NCBI GenBank assembly: GCA_052386995.1 | Contig: JBQTJP010000315.1 | Coordinates: 1 to 11,554 of the forward strand | DNA from: Armatimonadota bacterium | Lineage (GTDB): Bacteria > Sysuimicrobiota > Sysuimicrobiia > Sysuimicrobiales > Humicultoraceae | DNA length: 11,554 bases | Direction: 5' to 3' | Part shown: piece after piece, positions 7,132 to 11,554 of the stretch | How positions within the stretch are numbered: the first letter of the stretch is position 1 | Layout of the letters: each line of letters opens with the position of its first letter | Translations under genes and position numbers: made by a program | The notes under the pieces: generated by a model | Seen by the model: only the letters and a program-made list of their open reading frames with translations | What the model was told of the DNA's origin: nothing | Database searches by the model: none

Positions 7132-7736
7132 CCGAGCCGCGCGCGGGCCCGGGCGCCGGCGCGATGGTCTCCGCCGTCGTGCTCGCCGCCGGCGGCAGCA
7201 CGCGGATGGGGCGGCCCAAGCTGGCGTTGCAGGTGGACGGGCTGCCGATGATCCGGCGCGCGGCCGAAGCCGCGCTGGCGTCACGATGCGGGGAGGTCGT
7301 GGTGGTGCTTGGGACCCACGCCGATCTCTACCGGCCGCTGCTCGAAGGGCTGGCGCTGCGGATCGTCGAGAACCCCGATCCTCAAGAAGGGATGGGGTCC
7401 TCGATCCGGATCGGCGCCGAGGCGGTCTCGCCCGACGCGCAGGGCCTGGTGCTCTTGCTGGCGGATCAACCGTTCGTCACACCCGAGGTCATCGATCGCC
7501 TCATCGACACGGCCGCGGCCGATGCCCGGCGCATTGTCGCGTCGGCATACGCGGGGACCGTGGGCCCGCCCGCCTACTTTGGTCGAGCGCTGTTCCTGGA
7601 GCTTCTGACGCTCGAGGGTGATCGCGGAGCCCGCAGCGTGATCGAGGCTTACCCGAAGGAAGGCGTGGCGCTTCCGCTCCCAGAATCGATCGCTGCGGAC
7701 ATCGACACTCCCGGCGATCTCTCGTCATTAGACTGA
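7128..7736 (+). CDS. mocA: Molybdenum cofactor cytidylyltransferase (MocA-like NTP transferase)
   Basis: ATG 7128 follows GGAGG and overlaps the upstream stop as ATGA (alternative ATG 7164). Motifs VVLAAGGSTRMGRPK, GMGSSI, LADQP, GDRGARSVI and DIDTPGDL. CODH uses the MCD cofactor, which supports MocA rather than MobA. Confidence 0.85.
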   Translation: MTEPRAGPGAGAMVSAVVLAAGGSTRMGRPKLALQVDGLPMIRRAAEAALASRCGEVVVVLGTHADLYRPLLEGLALRIVENPDPQEGMGSSIRIGAEAVSPDAQGLVLLLADQPFVTPEVIDRLIDTAAADARRIVASAYAGTVGPPAYFGRALFLELLTLEGDRGARSVIEAYPKEGVALPLPESIAADIDTPGDLSSLD

Positions 7737-7789
7737 CGGAGCCTGTGGGCCTCACCCGCAGGACAGTGGAGGCCGGGGGGAGGGAGCGG

Positions 7790-9724
7790 ATGGCTGAGCG
7801 GCATGTCGCCCCCTGTGGCTCATGGAAGTCGCCGATTACATCGGACCTCCTCGTCGCGGAATCCATCGGGCTCGGGCAGATCGCCCTCGACGGTGACGAC
7901 ATCTACTGGGTCGAGCAGCGGCCATCCGAAGGCGGCCGTAATGTCATTGTGCGCCACACCCCTGACGGTCAGACTACCGATGTGACGCCGCAGCCGTTTA
8001 ACGTGCGAACCCGCGTGCACGAGTACGGCGGCGGAGCATTCGCCGTCGCTGACAGCACGATCCACTTCTCCAACTACAGCGATCAACGACTGTACCGCCA
8101 ACGGCCGGGCGGTCAACCGGAGCCGGTCACGCCCGCTGAAGACATGCGCTATGCTGACGGGATTATCGACCGCCGCCGACGGCGCATGATCTGTGTCCGC
8201 GAGGATCACACCGTCCCCGCGCGGGAGGCCCTCAATACGATTGTGAGCATCGAGCTCGACGGCGGTGCAACCCGTGTCCTGGTAACGGAGAGGGATTTCG
8301 TCTCATCGCCGCGGCTGAGTCCCGATGGCTCGCGCCTCGCGTGGCTGGCGTGGGATCACCCTAACATGCCCTGGGACGGCACCGAGCTGTGGGTCGGCGA
8401 CCTAGGGTCCGATGGCAGGATCGGCGGCAGGCAGCTCGTCGCGGGCGGCCCAGGCGAGTCGGTCGCCGAACCCCGATGGTCGCCCGACGGCATCCTGCAT
8501 TTCGTCTCGGACCGCACGGGCTGGTGGAACCTGTACCGCTGGCGCAACGGGCAACTCGAGGCGCTCTGCGAGATGGAGGCGGAGTTCACGACGCCGGGGT
8601 GGGTGTTCGGCGAATCCACGTACGGGTTCGCGTCGGCCGAGCGCATCGTCTGCGCATATAGCGAGAAGGGGACGTGGCATATCGCGAACTTGTACGCCGA
8701 TTCGCTTAGATTCGAGCGGGTGCCGATGCCGTTCACCGGGCTCACGTGGGCTGGGATGCAGGTATCGCCCCGGCGCATGGTGTTGGGCGGGGGCTCCCCG
8801 ACGGAGCCGGCAGCGATCAGGCTGCATGACCTCACGACAGGCCAGACAACGGTGCTGCGCCGATCGGTCCAGGTCGATGTGGACATCGGCTATCTGTCCA
8901 TCGCCCAAGCCATCGAGTTCCCTACCGAGGGGGGCCTGACGGCACACGCGTTCTTTTACGCGCCGAAGAACAGTGACTATACCAGTCCGCCCGGCGAAAA
9001 ACCGCCACTGATCGTCATGAGCCATGGGGGACCAACCGGGGCCACCTCGTCCACGCTCCATCTCGGCGTTCAGTACTGGACGAGCCGGGGCTTTGCCGTC
9101 GTGGACGTCAACTACGGCGGCAGTACCGGCTACGGGACGGCATACCGGCGTAGGCTCAACGGCAACTGGGGCGTCGTGGATGTGGACGACTGCGTTAACG
9201 CCGCGATGTATCTCGTCAGACGCGGTGATGTGGATAGGAACAGGCTCATCATCAGAGGAGGGAGCGCCGGGGGCTACACGACCCTGGCCACCCTGGCTTT
9301 TCGGAACGTGTTCAAGGCCGGGGCGAGCTACTTTGGCCTGTCCGAACTGGAAGTGTTCGTCCGGGACACGCACAAGTTCGAGTCGCGCTACCTGCACAGC
9401 CTGATCGGGCCCTACCCACAGCGGCGCGACCTCTACATCGCGCGCTCGCCCATCCACCACCTCGATGGGCTCTCATGTCCCATCATTCTGTTCCAGGGGC
9501 TTGAGGACAAGGTCGTGCCGCCCAATCAGTCGGAGATGATCTTCGACGCCTTGAAACGGAAGGGTGTTCCCACTGCGTACGTTCCGTTCGACGGCGAGCA
9601 GCATGGCTTTCGCCGCGCCGAGAACATCAAGCGGTCCCTGGATGCTGAACTCGATTTCTACTCGCGCGTCTTTCGCTTCACGCTGGCCGAGCCGGTCGAG
9701 CCAGTGCGCATCGAGAACCTGTGA
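7790..9724 (+). CDS. S9-family (prolyl oligopeptidase / acylaminoacyl peptidase-like) serine peptidase, 644 aa
   Basis: ATG 7790 follows GGGAGGGAG. N-terminus APCGSWKSPIT, propeller repeats SPRLSPDG and EPRWSPDG, HGGPT, VNYGGSTGYG. Catalytic triad contexts: GGSAGG (Ser), EDKVV (Asp), EQHGFR (His). Confidence 0.93.
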   Translation: MAERHVAPCGSWKSPITSDLLVAESIGLGQIALDGDDIYWVEQRPSEGGRNVIVRHTPDGQTTDVTPQPFNVRTRVHEYGGGAFAVADSTIHFSNYSDQRLYRQRPGGQPEPVTPAEDMRYADGIIDRRRRRMICVREDHTVPAREALNTIVSIELDGGATRVLVTERDFVSSPRLSPDGSRLAWLAWDHPNMPWDGTELWVGDLGSDGRIGGRQLVAGGPGESVAEPRWSPDGILHFVSDRTGWWNLYRWRNGQLEALCEMEAEFTTPGWVFGESTYGFASAERIVCAYSEKGTWHIANLYADSLRFERVPMPFTGLTWAGMQVSPRRMVLGGGSPTEPAAIRLHDLTTGQTTVLRRSVQVDVDIGYLSIAQAIEFPTEGGLTAHAFFYAPKNSDYTSPPGEKPPLIVMSHGGPTGATSSTLHLGVQYWTSRGFAVVDVNYGGSTGYGTAYRRRLNGNWGVVDVDDCVNAAMYLVRRGDVDRNRLIIRGGSAGGYTTLATLAFRNVFKAGASYFGLSELEVFVRDTHKFESRYLHSLIGPYPQRRDLYIARSPIHHLDGLSCPIILFQGLEDKVVPPNQSEMIFDALKRKGVPTAYVPFDGEQHGFRRAENIKRSLDAELDFYSRVFRFTLAEPVEPVRIENL

Positions 9725-9739
9725 TCATGTCTTCGGATT

Positions 9740-11554
9740 TCAAGGGGAACTGTTCGTGGGCGGCATCACGAGCAGGACATCGCTGACCGCGCGCTCGCCC
9801 AGCTCGTCCGACGGCAGGTTGATCACCACGCCGCGGACGACCAGGGTGCTGGATCCTCCTCCGTCGAGATTCATCGCGTCGGTCACGCCGAGCGCGCGCA
9901 GCGTGCCGGCCATTTCGAGGAGCGTCATGCCCAGGCTGTGGTACGGCTGGCGGCCGCCAACGACGACGAGCACGACACGGCCGTCGGGCAGCCGGCCGAT
10001 GGCGGTGCGCGGATGCCGGCGGTCAACGAATGATGGGCGAAAGCCTTCGCCGCCGACGTAGAGGCCGTTGGCCAGCAATCGCGGCCCCCCACCGAGCACG
10101 TGCCGCACGCCCTCCCAGCGAGGATCGCCGTTGATTGGGAGCAGGCGTGTCGACAGCGTGACGCGATCCCCTACTTTGAACGTCCCCAGCAGCGCGGCGC
10201 GGCCCCGACCATGCCCGGAGAGCACGAAGCCTCCCGGTGGAATGGGAACGTTGCCCTGACCGTCGATCACCTGTTCGACCGTCTCTCCCGCAACGCTGAC
10301 CTCGGCTCCCCATGTGTTAGTGCGCGTCGATGGTCCGAACGCGGGTCGATAGATGATCATCTCGTCGGGTCCGCGGTCCCGATTGATCCCCTGAATGGCG
10401 ACTGTCCCGGCTTCGGTTGCGGCCCCCGCGTCGAGCCGCGGCACGTCGAACAGAAGATCGCCGTCATCGGTGATCCCCGCACAGGTACGGCCGGGAATCG
10501 GCTCGCTCAGCACTTCACCGTCGATGACCAGGCAGCCGAGCGGGTCCCCGGCCGCCGAAAAGAAACCGCCGTTGATCGCCGCGAGCGCTCCCATGCGACG
10601 CGCGGTTTCACTGGTCCGGCCACGCCCCATGGCCTCACGCGCCAGCGCCGGCCGCAGGCGCACGCCGGCGCGCGGTTCGATCACCATGATCCCCGTCCAG
10701 AACGGCCCCTGCAGTCCCTCGTAGTCCCGCACCGTGAGGATCACGAACGTCGTCAGCCCCTCGCCCGCCAGGCGCTGCTGAAAGGCAATGGCGTCCTCAC
10801 GCGTGGTGAAGTTGCCGACGCGCACTCGGAAGCCGTCGTCGATGGGATCGACGAACACCGGCTGTCCGCGCGCGCGTAGCCCGTCGGCGAGACGCCGCGC
10901 CCGTTCCTCCTCTTGAAAGATCCCCGCCTGCACGCGCCAGACCGGCAGAATCTTGAGCGCTCCCCGCTTCTCGAGAATGAGCGTCACTCCCGGCCCAAGC
11001 GCCGTGGTAAATCGAAGCGTCATGCCGCGCTCGAGTCCCTGGAGGTATGCCCACACCAGGCTCGCGGCCTCGGCGCGTGTCATGGGATCATCCGCGCGCA
11101 CGCGCTCGGTCGAAGGCTCGCGGAGCATCGGCGGCGATGAGAGCGCCGCGATGGCCGCCGCGCCGCGCACGGCCGGCGGCAGCCCATCGGCATCTTCGAA
11201 CGGGAGCGGCGCGTTCGTCATGTATGCGGCCTCGAACGTATGCCCGAGTGCCCGCGCGAGGAACACGAGCGCGTCGCCGCGGGCGATCGCCGCGCCCGGA
11301 CGAAACGTGCCGCCGCCGGGGACGATGCCGAACGTTACGGCCGTCTCGACGGCCGCGGCGTACTCGTGATTCGGCGGGAGATCGGCGAACGCCGGTGCAT
11401 TCGGTCGGGCGGGGGGCAGCCCGCGGGCGGCGACGAGCCACGCGACGAACTGCGCACGCGAGATGGACTCGTTGGGGCGGAATGCGCGTTCGGCGCCGAG
11501 GCTGATGACGGCTCTCCCGAGCAAGTCGTTGATCCTGGCCTCGGCCCAGTGACC
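9740..11554 (-). CDS. Cell-envelope protein with SLH repeats, SPOR domain and phosphodiester glycosidase (NAGPA-like) domain; 5'-truncated
   Basis: The frame stays open to the window edge (GHWAEARINDLLGRAVI...). SLH-like motifs FRPNESISRAQF, FRPGAAIARGDA and PMTRAEAA. SPOR-like WRVQAGIF...FRVRVGNFTTREDA at about 10940..10740. NAGPA motifs AAINGGFF, HPRTAIG and AMNLDGGGSS. Confidence 0.88.
   Translation of the reverse strand, partial: GHWAEARINDLLGRAVISLGAERAFRPNESISRAQFVAWLVAARGLPPARPNAPAFADLPPNHEYAAAVETAVTFGIVPGGGTFRPGAAIARGDALVFLARALGHTFEAAYMTNAPLPFEDADGLPPAVRGAAAIAALSSPPMLREPSTERVRADDPMTRAEAASLVWAYLQGLERGMTLRFTTALGPGVTLILEKRGALKILPVWRVQAGIFQEEERARRLADGLRARGQPVFVDPIDDGFRVRVGNFTTREDAIAFQQRLAGEGLTTFVILTVRDYEGLQGPFWTGIMVIEPRAGVRLRPALAREAMGRGRTSETARRMGALAAINGGFFSAAGDPLGCLVIDGEVLSEPIPGRTCAGITDDGDLLFDVPRLDAGAATEAGTVAIQGINRDRGPDEMIIYRPAFGPSTRTNTWGAEVSVAGETVEQVIDGQGNVPIPPGGFVLSGHGRGRAALLGTFKVGDRVTLSTRLLPINGDPRWEGVRHVLGGGPRLLANGLYVGGEGFRPSFVDRRHPRTAIGRLPDGRVVLVVVGGRQPYHSLGMTLLEMAGTLRALGVTDAMNLDGGGSSTLVVRGVVINLPSDELGERAVSDVLLVMPPTNSSP

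Noticed and set aside
5844..7284. Long antisense ORFs (5893..7284, 5844..6785) and similar ones at 504..1274, 4814..5944, 8402..9460 and 10100..10879
   Set aside because: They are shadow frames of well-supported genes in GC-rich DNA, with Arg/Pro/Ala-biased or motif-free translations.
9725..9739. Bidirectional terminator between the convergent genes
   Set aside because: The gap is only 15 bp, with no convincing stem-loop or U-tract.

Overview
GC-rich bacterial DNA carrying the 3' part of an aerobic form I Mo-Cu carbon monoxide dehydrogenase (cox) cluster on the + strand. In order: partial coxL (AYRCSFR motif), an XdhC/CoxF-family protein with a C-terminal YHS/TRASH domain, coxD (MoxR-type AAA+ ATPase), coxE (VWA), a second XdhC-family protein and a MocA-like molybdopterin cytidylyltransferase. 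These are followed by an S9 peptidase and a convergent, 5'-truncated gene with SLH, SPOR and phosphodiester-glycosidase domains. The standout feature is a 490-aa intein (2850..4319) that splits CoxD immediately after Walker B. It has canonical class 1 splicing motifs, a two-motif LAGLIDADG homing endonuclease, an XRE/Cro-like HTH insert and a lower GC content than its host gene. Excision would restore a normal-sized 316-aa CoxD, so CODH active-site maturation may depend on protein splicing. The 111-bp gap before coxD holds a candidate sigma70 promoter and a perfect 19-bp palindrome. All calls come from motif recognition by eye; no database searches were run, so novelty is unconfirmed.
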